Assembly (NCBI GenBank): GCA_030141605.1
Contig: JAQGDQ010000252.1
Coordinates: forward strand, 62,001-126,000
Reading direction: 5' to 3'
DNA length: 64,000 bases
DNA from: Tubiluchus corallicola
Taxonomy: Eukaryota > Animalia > Priapulida
Below the pieces are notes generated by a model. The model worked only from the letters and a program-made list of their open reading frames with translations. It was not told the DNA's origin and did no database searches. Below are positions 27,001-39,600 of the stretch, piece after piece (positions within the stretch are counted from its first letter, which is position 1; every line of letters begins with the position of its first letter). Position numbers and translations under genes: made by a program.

Positions 27001-27445
27001 CATCATAAATGCAAGCCCGCATTATTCTCTCATGTAACCATAACAGTATAATGAAATTACAAATAGAGATTGCGAATGTCATCATGATGCGAGTAACATA
27101 TTGTAGTCTTGTCATGTTGTCAATCATTAATTGAAATCAAATATATACGGATAAAATTAACACTATTCTCTGATCACGGTATCTGCAACATCAGTCGCTG
27201 ATTACTAGAACAAGCTCAAATGTAACATGCAAGTTTACATTCAAGTCTGAACTTATTGAGTGGACACTTACAGTAAGACTACTAAAATAGTAAAATGATT
27301 AAATGAGAAAAACAAAAAATATAGATAAAGTAATTATTGTTACATCTGCAACTTCAGCGATAGATGCTCTGTAGTTTTTCTTCGTCAAATTAGATACTGA
27401 GTAACTTATTTGTGATAATGCAAATGAGAGACAATCTAGATTCAT
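1..27445 (-). CDS. CNOT1: CCR4-NOT transcription complex subunit 1 (5' portion, ~1600 codons, 32 coding exons; continues beyond left edge)
   Basis: Hand-spliced exons, all GT-AG and phase-consistent, in transcript order: 27344-27445 ([28 protein letters not shown], matching the CNOT1 N-terminus MNLDSLSLALSQISY), 26399-26506, 26069-26167, 24785-24965, 24494-24640, 24252-24364, 22835-22991, 20341-20471, 18489-18677, 17760-17869, 17308-17437, 15787-15897, 12573-12689, 12186-12308, 11731-11882, 10739-10889, 10108-10327, 9579-9713, 8743-8945, 7685-7809, 6639-6752, 5868-5946, 5298-5618, 4794-4973, 4501-4617, 4182-4292, 3717-3851, 2078-2359, 1714-1854, 1152-1307, 382-630, <1-118. Diagnostic Not1 motifs: [123 protein letters not shown]. 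Confidence 0.97.
1837..1934. repeat. 49-bp tandem duplication spanning the 3' splice site of CNOT1 exon 1714-1854
   Basis: agcttgaaacaatggcagctgtaaaaagttaaaaacaataatagctg occurs identically at 1837-1883 and 1886-1932. Confidence 0.95.
2578..3555. mobile_element. Old foldback/MITE-like element with long degenerate inverted repeats in a CNOT1 intron
   Basis: The segment ~2578-2693 (…aatagtgaatctatcatgccctcaattttagtgcggaagccttgttcatctcgcacggcttgcaatcttgaag) is the reverse complement of ~3440-3555 (cttcaagattgcaggctgtgcaagatg…catgattgatttgctatt…), with mostly transition mismatches. Confidence 0.6.
6828..7640 (-). mobile_element. Non-autonomous Helitron (~813 bp) in a CNOT1 intron
   Basis: On the minus strand it begins TCTCTTATATT (7640) and ends CTAG (6828), inserted between A and T with no TSD. 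A 16-bp palindrome CGCAAAAGATTTTGCG (6841-6856) lies ~13 nt from the 3' end. The interior is GC-rich and there is a (TA)n tract near the 5' end. These are the canonical Helitron termini. Confidence 0.85.
14256..15304. mobile_element. Tc1/mariner-pogo-type MITE
   Basis: Left TIR is TA|CAGTCAAACCTCTTTACAC. Right TIR is GTATAACGAGGTCTGACTG (revcomp CAGTCAGACCTCGTTATAC). No transposase ORF. Confidence 0.7.
16320..17208. mobile_element. Degenerate pogo/Tigger-like MITE (related to 35907-36599 and 44096-44791)
   Basis: Ends are TA|CATTAAGCCCTCACTTAGCGAC … GTCGTTAATCAAGCACTTACTC|TA. The subterminal motifs GTTAAAACGAAA and AAGTGAAAAAA are shared with the 44096-44791 copy. Confidence 0.6.
18802..19761. 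mobile_element. Tc1/mariner-pogo-type MITE
   Basis: 25-bp TIRs: TA|CAGCAGGCGTCGCTTAATAGACTCA and TGAGTCTATTAAGTGGCGTCTACTG (revcomp CAGTAGACGCCACTTAATAGACTCA). Confidence 0.8.
20655..21259. mobile_element. Degenerate hAT-like non-autonomous element
   Basis: Ends CAAGGTTTCCAATCTCGAG and TCCAGGATTGGAAACTCTA (revcomp TAGAGTTTCCAATCCTGGA) are inverted repeats, and there is an internal GGTTTCCAATCCC repeat. The TSD is not cleanly preserved. Confidence 0.45.
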
Positions 27446-27453
27446 TATCCCAT
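27445..27453 (-). promoter_or_regulatory. Minimal upstream ORF (Met-Gly-stop) overlapping the CNOT1 start codon
   Basis: The minus strand reads ttc-ATG-GGA-TAA-TG-AAT. The last A of TAA is the A of the CNOT1 ATG. Confidence 0.65.
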
Positions 27454-27623
27454 GAAGAAACCGCCGGGAAGAGCTTCAGCCGCACGCGAAGCAGTACTCC
27501 CACGTCTTTGAAATTTACACAACAACTACAGTTCGTAAAAAAACTTTTTCCAGGAAAGAAAAAGCTAATCATTAGTCCTATTTACACAAACACATAAAAC
27601 GAAATTTAACGATAACACAAGTC

Positions 27624-27636
27624 AGCAGCCATGTTG
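27624..27636 (-). promoter_or_regulatory. YY1-like motif in the putative CNOT1 promoter/5' UTR
   Basis: AACATGGCTGCT on the minus strand resembles the YY1 consensus AANATGGCGGC and lies ~180 bp upstream of the ATG. Confidence 0.3.
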
Positions 27637-29529
27637 GATTCCCTAACGTCAATTCAGTCTGTTGGTCAAAAATGCGTCAAACAAAAAATAAGTTTCTTGG
27701 TGCTGCCATCTATGAGCGATGAGCATATCAACACATATATAGCAATGTGATTTACATTTTTTAATTCACCAACTATTTCAAGAGATTTCATGCTGTGCTG
27801 ACCACAATTATACCACTATGTCATCAGCTTACAAAATAACTGCTCTAATAAGTTATGAGGGAGGAACATTACAACTACAGAGTCTTCCTGAATTATGATT
27901 TTGCCATAATCAAATATTTATGTTATTCGTATTTTGCAATTCAAGTTTGTGCATACACTAAACTTTTAAAAATGCAAATAGCATAAGCGAAGTTAACTAT
28001 TTTTAATTTATTAGTGTGAAAGTTACAAGACATACAAAAATTCAACAAAAATGATATTAAGACAAGCAACCGAAAAGAAAAATCAAAACACCTTTTCAGA
28101 AAAAGGAATGATGCATAAAACACCTTTACAGCATTGTTGTCAAAAAAGTAGCTGCTGGCTTGAACAGTTATAGGCCTTATGAATCAATGTAGGTATGGAA
28201 TGATATAAAAACAGTCTTAATTCAAGTGAAGGAAGAATTTTAATATATTATTATACATTCCCAGTACAAAACAAAATACCTAAAATTTATTATATTGTTA
28301 GAAAAACAGTCTTTTTTACTTATTAAGTGAATGTCCCTGTATCACAATATAATTTCATTATTACATTTAAAATACTTTTAGTTTTTGTCCGGCTTAACAT
28401 TAAGATACAGATAATAATTCATTTAGTGATGACTTTTAATTGTTTACTTTCTTTCATTAATACAGATTGTATGTCCCAAGCTTAAATACTCACATGAATC
28501 GAATTTTACCAATTGAAAATTACTTATTCCAGGATGCATCGTATGAGTAACATAACTGACCTCAATTTATAAATTTGGTAGTCTGAGAATTGCACTATTC
28601 CAAATAAAAAAAAGTAAATTGTAACTCAAATACCATATTTGTATAAGACATTTTTTTGTATAATAATATATGTAAACATATTTAATTATAAATACTACAC
28701 AGAACTGTATACATAATGGTATATTGCACTGTAAAAAATTTATAAAACATATTATAGGTGGCAAGTATATCACAATTAAAGATATTATGCAATTTATACA
28801 TTCTTTCTCGAGCAACAAGCAATACTTTCAAAATGTACTAATGAAGCAAGAACTTCATTCCATTACATGTGACTATGAATTTCATCCTGAATCAATTAAC
28901 TATTCCACTTCGCATCCACCATAGCACTTGAAAGTTGACATTACACGTTAACCTTGACCTCTGTGAAAAACAAGTTTAGCAACAATAAAAACAGATTGTT
29001 AACAAAGTTCAGTCTGATATTTCAGATTAGCAATAATGACAATAATAACAGCAGTGAGAGCAGCAAATAACCAAACATGTTATTTTTCATTTCTATTATT
29101 ACAGTAATTAAATCAGTATAAACCTTAAATTAAGGAGTAATACTGGTACATTGGAACAAAAAAACCCCAAAATAATAAAACAACAAACTGGGAGGCGACA
29201 CAGCAAAATGCTACGAAACTCACTACTTGCCCGTTCTTGAAAATTGTACACAAAATCCCAAAATTGGCATACTCACCTGCTTACCTAGAAACCCACTATG
29301 AATTTTAGATAATAATTATACACCTCAAATAGTTTTTGATGAAAAACTTACAAAAAAGCACATGTGGAAGCTCTAGTGCCTGTGCTGAACAGTCGAAATT
29401 TTGGAGATAAAATGCAAAGTTCTTAAGAATTCCACATTACTTATTCCCTAAATGTGTCTACCCGATAAAAAAAATAAGTATAAAAAAGTGAAATATTTTA
29501 ACCTTAATTTTTGCATTTCAAGTTTTTAT

Positions 29530-32500
29530 TCATTTTTTCTTGTCTAATATAGCATCTAAAACTGCTCGCTTCTCCACAAGAACTTCTCTTAACAGGCAAA
29601 ATTCTGTGTCCTGTTCCAATGATGAGAGCCGCTCATGGTGTTTCTCCTGGTCTTCACTGAAAAAAAATCCGAAAGTATCATTAGTTAAACTGGATGCTAA
29701 TGATGATAATCTTACATTTGTGGACTGATGGAACATTGACTCTGCAGATCTGCAAAATATCAGTCCAATGATGCACAAAATCCATGGAGTTACCAGAAGT
29801 TCTAAGTCGACAAATCCAGGAAGAAATACGGGATGGTGTTTTTCCCAGACTTGGCAGTAGTGGACTTTGGGCACAAGCAGCTTCGGAGGCCTCCAAAATG
29901 TCCACACAATCCATTAATCAAATTAATTAACTGTGGCTAAAAACATTTAACTGTCTTGAAGTTTAAACATTTAACTTGAACTTAAAATTTGCGTAATAAA
30001 ACTTTTGTGTATTGTTGGAATTTATTTAACTAAAAAACCATCCTAAAACAATCAATGATTAGAGTAGCCTGCACATTTTCACAAGTCATTTTAGTAACTG
30101 AGAAAATTGCTAGAAGGTCAGTCCCGAACTAATTAATTTTCATCAAACAGACAATTAGATATTAAGTTAACATCACAAAAGCCTACGAGTAAACCCTGCA
30201 TTTTTATTATTCTTAAAAAGTACAAGTCCTCTGGACATAAATGTGCTATGTTCCATTTGGGACACGAAATTCCTGATTTGCAGAATATCTTAAATGGAGT
30301 TATACTGTCTGCTAACAATGATCATAAAGATTTAGTTTGCTCAAACTTAAACTTTTTAAATATTGTAAAGATCAAGTTGCTCATAAAAATTTTGCTAAGC
30401 CGTTACATGAGTATTGTGCGCCCGTTTGGTCAATGTATGCAGGAGATTGTTGCTATTTGAGAGGGTTCAGTGATATTTTACATGTAAATTGTCTGCCTTT
30501 TGTGATCTTGGTACTTTAAATTTACTTGGATAGGTTGCTTATCTTAAATTTGCACTCACTCTAAGTCAGACCAAATAATTTTTGAACTTAAGATGGCTGT
30601 TTTGAAGTAATCACAAAAACTTTTATTTTAAATTCAATGTTACTGAAAGAGACAGTAAGCATGGACATAGTCAAAGAAAATACTAATAATGTAAGTACTG
30701 GTAAATTTGCACTAACATTAAAACAGCAAAATGTTCTGTGTTAAATGAAATATTTATATGGACAAACTAAGATGTCTATGAAAGGAAGTATATGTAGCAT
30801 AAGAGCACATAAGAACATGGTTTGGCATCAAATCTCATAGAAGATAAATATTTATCCCCAGGATTAAAGAAAATATTAATTACACACCTTTGTTTTTCAA
30901 CAGCTTGATTATTGTGAGTCTGCAAGTAAACAAAACACAAATAAATTGCAGCTAATTAAATGAAAAATATACGTAGACTTAGCAAATCTAAAGACAATCT
31001 GAAGTTTTTCCATTAATGTTTGCAAAATTTATAGTTGTTAAACAGACAGAAGCCCTATAATGCTTTAGTTTTTCTAGCAATCAGAGATGCACACCATTAC
31101 ACCAACAAATTTGTCCACACATACCAACATTATAACAATGTAACAATGGCTAGTCAGTATACAAGAATACCATTAGTATCTGGTTGGGAGGCCAGATACC
31201 ATTAGTATTTGACGAGAAGCCAGAAAATTCTGAGCTTGGTTGTAGGATGAGGATACAAATCTCGATTGATTTTGCGGATGCAAAAGATTTTCTTCTTGAC
31301 ATTATTAAAGACAATAAAATGATAATAATTATTTATTAAAGTTAGTAGGCATGGTGTTAGAAGTACATAGCCAGTGTTTAAAGGGAAAGAAAAGAGAATT
31401 TTAAAGCATATGCCAAAGAAATTTCCATACTCAGTTATATTTCTTAGCATTATGCTTACTTGTTTGAAAGATTTAGGTAACTGGAAAAGAAAATCCTTGC
31501 TAATTTAAAATATTCGCGCCACCTGGTAAAATTGTACTGCATTGCCAACCCCAGTGCATACCACTGGTCACCAAAAAACGCAATCTGTAGTGATCTTATT
31601 GACAATATAAAGTAATTTAAACTTTCGATTAGTTAGCAAAGAGTGTGTGTGCTACAAATCTCTAATTATTTTTTCAAAGTTTATGCAGTGTGTTTCAAAT
31701 GCCTTACCGTAAAAATTTCTGCATCTAACAATCATTACAAAAGTTTAAATTTACAAGTTCATACAGCATTACTGCTAATGCAAGCCCTTTGTGCAAGTAA
31801 TATAGACTTTCAAGACGAATTTTTTAAGCTTTATATATAAATTGTTTGCTTGTGCTTTACAGTAAATAAAATTCAAGCAAAAATATTACAAATAAGCTGT
31901 AGAAAACAGTGATAAATAAGAAAAAGTAACGAAAAGGTAGTAGCAAAAATAAATGTCACAAAACGTACTTGTAGCCTTTCTTCCAAATGTGTTATGTTCA
32001 TGTTTCCCAAAGCAAGTTTAGCAATAATTTTTGCATTTTCATCTTGTTGATTAATTGCCTAGAAATAATATAGAACAACGCTTACCAATAAATGTTATGA
32101 CAAATTTGTACGATGTATACAAATCATTTCAATCAGTTAGTAGGTAGGAATTAAAATAAAGTGTATTAATCGATGCTTAAGGTAGAAAACAATAAAGACA
32201 ATCTTTTGTGTACAGGGCCCAGTCACCATATAACGAGGTAGTTCTTACATGATGCATAAAATAGTTACATGTAATAACAGCCGGTATGGAACAGGGAATC
32301 CCCACTTTATTAAAGATCTGAATCACCTTGAGAGTGAGCAATCAAAACATCTGCATCTAACAAACAGACTCTCAGCAAGGAGTGAAGGCAGACTCATAGA
32401 AAGACTTTCATGGATTCGATTTACAGATGTAAAACCTGATGAATATTTTATTAGAAGTGCCACAATCACCAGAAGACGTAGTCATGAGCTTGACCAAAGG

Positions 32501-33552
32501 CGAAGCAACACCGATAGATATCAATTTAGTTATTCCAATGCTGATATTCAACTCCAGAACTTTTACCAAAACAAGTTGATTGCGCAAGAAATGAGATGTG
32601 GTTTAAATAAACTCTGAGAAATACTTCCACACAAAAAGACTATTTTAATGGCACTCAGTGTGCTTGAATGTTGCACAGTAAGGCACCTACATTAAGAATA
32701 TTTACAGCTTTGTAAGGTACTCCACAGTACATATGCAAGAAGTGGCAGCTAACACAAGAATCAAAGACTGGACAGCTAGCATGCTTACCAACAGGTGAAA
32801 TTAACAGGCGAGTTTAATGATGCTAATAAAATTATATTTCATTTGCAGTGACTAAATTAGTAAGGTTTTTCAAACATACACATAAAATTGAAAGCACCTG
32901 TTTATGCACACTGCAATATCCAAGCAATTCTACTTGTAATTTAAATATTTTTTTATAATTACGATAATATAACTGTGCTTTTGTTCGAAGCTAGTTGTAA
33001 TAGCTTAAATTTTGGTTAAAAAAACGAAAAACAGAGAAACTGATTTACCAATTTTGCAATTGTCTGTCTTTCAGCAATTGTTTTCTCTGCCTGAAATATG
33101 GATTATAAACATATCAATGTGATAAAAAGCAATAAGTATAAAACGTTTCCGTCTGCTGCAGTATAAACATTGATTAAGGAAAACTCCTATCTAGTTTTCT
33201 TCTTGCAAATTTTTTTGTATGCACAAAGTTTTTTTTCTTATAATGAAAAAGGTCTCATCAGATTTTAGAAATGATGTTGCTAAAACACGATGATGTAAAC
33301 TAATCATTTAAAAAATTACATTATTAACGTGTAAAGCGCTGTTTTACTTTCAGTCTAATTGAAGCTGTTTCAAAAACTAAAGATGTTAGAACGTTATGTT
33401 ATTTTACTTTTCCATGAAACAACTAACATCCTGTAGATTGCCTGTAACTGATTAGTATCATACTGCTTATACTACCTAATACTTGTACACTGTTATGAAG
33501 TATGTATGGTATCACGCACGCGCGTGCACACACACGCACGCGCACGCCCACG

Positions 33553-33634
<82 letters not shown>

Positions 33635-36600
33635 TGTAAGTTTCTGCCAATATTATGGTTTAAATAATATAACCGAACGAACTATCAACCAACCAATTTA
33701 CAACAGTAGTTCATTAGGTTTAGTCGTTTACAGACTTTTTTATATCAGGAGCTACACCAGCAGGACATCAGCGTTGCAGTGGCTGTTTAAAAATAATTGC
33801 TGCAAGAAGAAACTGACTCCTCGCTTACTTTCAAATTGTACAAATCTACTATGGAATAATGTTGTCGACAAATTTTAGTAAATATGGTCTACATTAAATT
33901 TTCAAGTACCCAAATTTTTGTGCAAAAAATGCCTGCTCAAGACAAGCACATAAATGCACAAAGAAATTGTTTCATCATAGGAATTTTACACATACCACAT
34001 TAATGAGAGTTTTCAGGTGCTGGTATGCGGCTGCTTTTTCCAACTGCAAAACTTGAAGTTTTGGTAAGAGTCTTCGATGCGACTTTTGGAGCACTCTGTG
34101 CTGGGTTTCGAGCTCTTTTACTTTAGCTTCAGCTTCGGTTTTTTGCTTTACAAGCGTAGACTGATGTTGCTCGAGTGACTGTCGCGATAAATGGAAATAA
34201 GCACATGATAATAAAAATGCAGTGTTGGTGTTATTTTTATATTTTTATTCAAGAACATTTATAAAAAACATTTTTATAAAAGGAAATGGCAGCAGGCATG
34301 TAGTACTTATGCCAGCCATAAATGTAATATACAATAATATGCAGTATATTTACAATCACAGTTATAAGTTATATAAGTGCGCAGTAAAAATTTCATCCGT
34401 AAATGCAAAAATTTGAAAACATAAAGACTTAATAGGAGAGAGACTACAGTAAAGCAAAAATAGCTTGCATAAAATGATTAAAATGGTAGTAGCTTAACAA
34501 ATTACAGTTTGCTAGTCTGGCACTGAAACTGACAATGTTTAGATCATTAACCATATCATAATCAAGATCATTCCAAATAGGAACTACACTACTTGAAAAA
34601 GAATATTTGTACACACCTAACGTGGATTACAATAAGTTATTATTGTGACCACGTAAATTTTGGGTAGGTGCATTACAAAATAAATCATCAAATGACAAAT
34701 CTGTTGATTCACGGCATATTTTATAAACCATTGTTTGGAAGATTTCTATCTGCTTGCCCTTTAATCTAAGGTTGTACTTATTTAGAGTTGCCTGTAAAAC
34801 TTGGCTTATGTTATATACATTTAGTAGGTCAGCCAATCAGAATTGAGCACGTTTTTTAGTCTACTCATTGGAAGCGAAGCAATCGCCACATCTTTTACTT
34901 TTTCTGTAACATTGAATTTAAAATAAGTTTTTGTGATTACTTCAAAACAGCCATCTTAAGTTCAAAAATTATTTGGTCTGACTTAGAGTGAGTGCAAATT
35001 TAAGATAAGCAACCTATCCAAGTAAATTTAAAGTACCAAGATCACAAAAGGCAGACAGTTTACATTTAAAATATCACTGAATCCTCTCAAATAGCAACAA
35101 TCTCCTGCATACATTGACCAAACTGGCGCACAATACTCATGTAACGGCTTAGCAAAATTTTCATGAGCAACTTGATCTTTACAATATTTAAAAAGTTTAA
35201 GTTTGAGCAAACTAAATCTTTATGATCATTGTTAGCAGACAGTATAACTCCATTTAAGATATTCTGCAAATGAGGAATTCCGTGTCCAAAGTGGAACATA
35301 GCACATTTATGTCCAGACCAATTAGACAGACTATCAATAGCATTTGCTAATAAATGATTGTCATTAAATTTTAGATTATCAGCATATAGCTTACAATTAA
35401 TAGCAGCTAATTCTTGTAGTAAGCATTAAATAAAACTAAACAGAATTTGTCCAAGTGCACTGTCTTGATGTGTTTTAGAAACAAATGAGAAAAATTCCTG
35501 ACCAACGAGAACTCTCAGTACGATTACTTAAAAATGCTCGGATCCAGGCAGAAGATTACCAGAAATACCATAAGACTGCAATTTGATAAAAAGCTTGAAT
35601 GAACAACACTATCAAACGCTTTTGTATGATCAACATACAGTACATCTAACTGCAAACCTTTCAACATTTTTACACCAATCATTTTAAAGAATCAAGTAAA
35701 TATGTTCACATGGTCCTGTTTTCCATAAAACAATGTCGAAATTTAGAGATTAAATTACGTAATACCAGATAATCTAAAAGTTTATCTTTGATATAAATGT
35801 CCATCACTTTGGAAATGCTATCAAGAGAGTATTTATTTATGAGAAAGCCATTAATAATAGTGGCATTAGAAAAATTTAAAAAAGGTATTACATTGAAAAA
35901 CTACTACAGTAAATCCTCGCTTAACGATGTTTCGTTTTAATGATGCTAAACATTTGACACCATTTTTCACTTAACAGCACACTGTTTCATTTTAATTGTG
36001 ATTTTTTTACTTTGCTCAAAGCCAATTTTTATTTTATCAACAATTTTTTTTTGCCTATTTTGATGTATTAAAAAACAGTACTTGTTGTGTTATTCTGTTC
36101 TAAAAATGCACTAGTAACATAAACACTGTAATTATTACACAAGTGTAAACGTTTTCGCTTCCCGACTTACCACTAAATGCTAGCCGTTTGGATCAAGCCA
36201 GACCGGAGAGCAAACTTTATGCAAAGGAATTTTACATGCAACCTGTTGTTACAGCAACCAGACTAAGTATCTAGATCAACTTGCCAAGATCATCCCAGAG
36301 CTTGGCTTTGACTCTGCAGCAGGGTTTATTGCTTAACCGTTGCCTAGACTTAAATGTCTTCGAAAGAGAAATTGCTAGCTAGGTAAGTATGATACATAGG
36401 CGGCTTCAAGCAAGCAGAAAAAAAATAATCAGTAGAAACATGAGTAAAGCTCATAACATCTAATTTATACAATTTAAGCAGCACTGATTTTTGCCTCTGG
36501 AATGTATCTCAATTCATTTACATTACTTTCTATGGAGGTCTTGGTTTCGCTTAACGTCGCGTTTTGCTGGAACACATTAGCATTGTTAACGACTTACTGT

Positions 36601-39600
36601 AATTTTACATGGCACTTGGTTTGCAGTTGTAATGTGGTGTAATGTACAAGAAACATACCTTAACACGAAGTTGGGCTTCTAGTACCGCTTCCTTATGTTG
36701 TTCTGTCAGCGATTCAATACTTCTGCAACACATTAACCAAGCAATGCATGCAAACTGCAAGGTACAAAGAATGTATCAGGTGGTGTGAAAAAGTGTTGAA
36801 GTATTGATTAGGATGTTATAAGCAAAAATAATAGAATCTCTTAAAAACTGCATACGCATGTTGCATACGCTTTTGTATAAACACCAAAAATGGTTGGTGA
36901 TGCCCATAGAGCTCTCTAAAGATATAAAAGTTTTCAATTCGAGAAGTGTTAATGTTGTCAATACTGTTAAAATTTACAAGTGCTCTAATTTCATTTCTAA
37001 GTGCTCATCTTTTTTAATGCAAACGATACGAAGGCATTTCTTTTAAAAGCTGATACAGTTTATCATTTTTTAGAATAGCGGATATAGCTCATTGGTATAG
37101 TGCTCACTTCCCTAGGGAAGTCGCGCGATCAATTCCCAACAGACTCATACTAAAATCTCAAAAAATGGCACAAGAAAAGGGACCACCTTGGAAATAAGTA
37201 TTCAGTTACTTTAAGTATTAATCCTGGACTATGTCCTGAAGGAAATTATTTTTAATTAGGCTATATATTTGGTACCAGCACTGGAGAATTTAGTTCCTTT
37301 CCATCAAACGGCTGTGTGCCGTTGTCGTACATTTTCTCTTTAAAACAATTTCAGATACTATAGTCCACACGCTTAAGCCCCATTTTTTGTTGATAACAAA
37401 TCTTTATTAGTGTCTTATTTTCTGTGGTGAAGACAAAGTGGAAACTGACTGATTTCTTTATTATTTTGCTGCCATGTATTGAGTGTTTTATATGTCAACA
37501 TAGCTGTTTTTTACTTGAATATTAGCTGACATCGTTTTGGCATTCAGTTTTTTTAGTGTGCAAAAGCTTTTCGGCCATAATTTAAAAATTGCTAAAACTA
37601 TAAACTTGTAACTTTCACAGCCAAAAGTTAATGTACTGTAACACCAAGCTGTGAAATTTCAGCTTTGTAGGGCACGTACTGGTAATAGCATTGTAGTCTA
37701 AACTGTGGCACATTTTCACTGTAATATATACCAATTTACAAGAAACGCAATATCAAAATGTTTACTAATTCAAATGACTCAGAATGGCTTATGAAATTCC
37801 CACAACCAACGTAACATACTGCTCTCCTTGCACATGAGATAAGGGGTACTACTAATAAATTTAGCTATTTTTTGTAATAAAAAATAAATTATACAAAAAG
37901 TAAAATATATTACCATTGAAATACAATTGCTACTGTGTTGCTCAGCCAGTGATAGGAGATTTCCAAGCCATGAACAGCAATATTTGTAATTATTTTCAAC
38001 TTGGCAATTTTATACGTATGCACTGTTAAATGTGAAACACTCCCTGAATATTTTGTGCTGATTGGCTAATGTTGCCAGTTAACATTGATAAATTGAAATT
38101 TATTGATAAAGAACATCACAGCGTGTTACTGAATTACATCAAAAAAATATTTCAGGAAAGATCAATAATACTTACTGTTTCAGTTCACTGACTGCTGCGC
38201 TATGTTCTACATGTGACACTGAATTAGAATTGTTCAATGAAACACGATCATATCTATCTTTTAGTATGGAATTAGTGTGCACCAAGTGTTGTTGTTCTTC
38301 GTGCAATTTACTTTTCTCTTGCTCCAAGATGAGAATTTTCTTTGAAAGAGCTGCAACTGAACAAACAAATGCCATGACGCAACTCTAACTTATGTCACTC
38401 AACAAATGGCATGCATGTTTGTTTGAGAAAGGAATTATATATATATAATAGGTTTACTCTTATGATAAAGGTGATGTGGCATGAATATACCAATAAATAT
38501 ACAAGTAAATTATCCTTTCCTACACTGAAAGGAATAAAAATGTAAACACAAACACATACATAATTAAACAAAACAAATATTAGGGACTATCTTTACAATA
38601 ATTACTGATAAACTTTTTAAAACTTACTGAAACTAAAAACTAACAGTTATACTGATCCAACTAAGCATTTTAAACAAAATTTAAGTATAAAAAAACATAA
38701 AACCATTATGTAATCATAGCAGACTTACAATAATAAAGTATGTTTGCAAATAATGCATGTAATTGCATACAAGTGTTAATGGGCTATGGACATGGTTATA
38801 TGTAATACAGATCAGTGAGTATAATTTGGTCAAGCCTGTAAGCTGGTTTATCATATGTAAAAAGAAAAATAAATGTTTTAAAGGACACTTTTTGTTCTTG
38901 TAAGTTCTTTAAGCCGTAAGCTGATTTAACATAAGTAAAAAGAAAAATAAATATTTCAAAGGACACACTTTGTTCTTGTAAATTCTTCAATTACACTATT
39001 TTTATTTCTACAACATAGATAACTTCAAAACCTACATAAGAAAACATAAGCTTGACTAATACACAACCTAAACACGTATTCAACATTGTAGTTATAACAA
39101 CAGGTCTTACCTAAGACCTAACATATATTACTTAGGAAACCAAATGTTTTACCTTCACCTACGTGTGCTAGGTGCATGTCCTTGTATCTCTCTTGCTGAT
39201 TAACTAACTCCTCATTTAATTCACAGTTTTCTTTTAACACTATACTTGCATTTTCTCGGATTTCCTCCCTAAAATAACAAATAAGCAAAAAATAAAATGT
39301 AATGGTAGTTTACGGTAGAAGCAGATGCCACTAAACACAAACCAACATTATGAACTTATGTTGCAAGCTTATTAGAGCAAGATCAACAGAAGAAGTTTCC
39401 ATTTTTTTGGTTGGAAAGCTTGATGAATCTGTGTTTGTAATGCTAAGAACATTCATAGGCACAAACTCTTGAAATCGTTCGTAAGAACTTTAGTGAATCC
39501 AGTCCTAGTATCTTTGCTAACATAATTTGTACATTATACATATCTATGCAATACATATAGAAAAGATATGAACTCACCAATCTTGTGCTGACTGACTAAG

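Noticed and set aside
30248-30519. Mirrored small ORFs at 30248-30519 and 35028-35299 as a duplicated small-protein gene
   Set aside because: They are frameshifted remnants of LINE reverse-transcriptase ORF2.
33423-33878. ORFs with VCVCVC / HTHTHT repeats
   Set aside because: They are translations of the (CA)n microsatellite.
37078-37150. tRNA gene
   Set aside because: There is no acceptor-stem pairing and the T-loop is degenerate. A SINE head explains it better.
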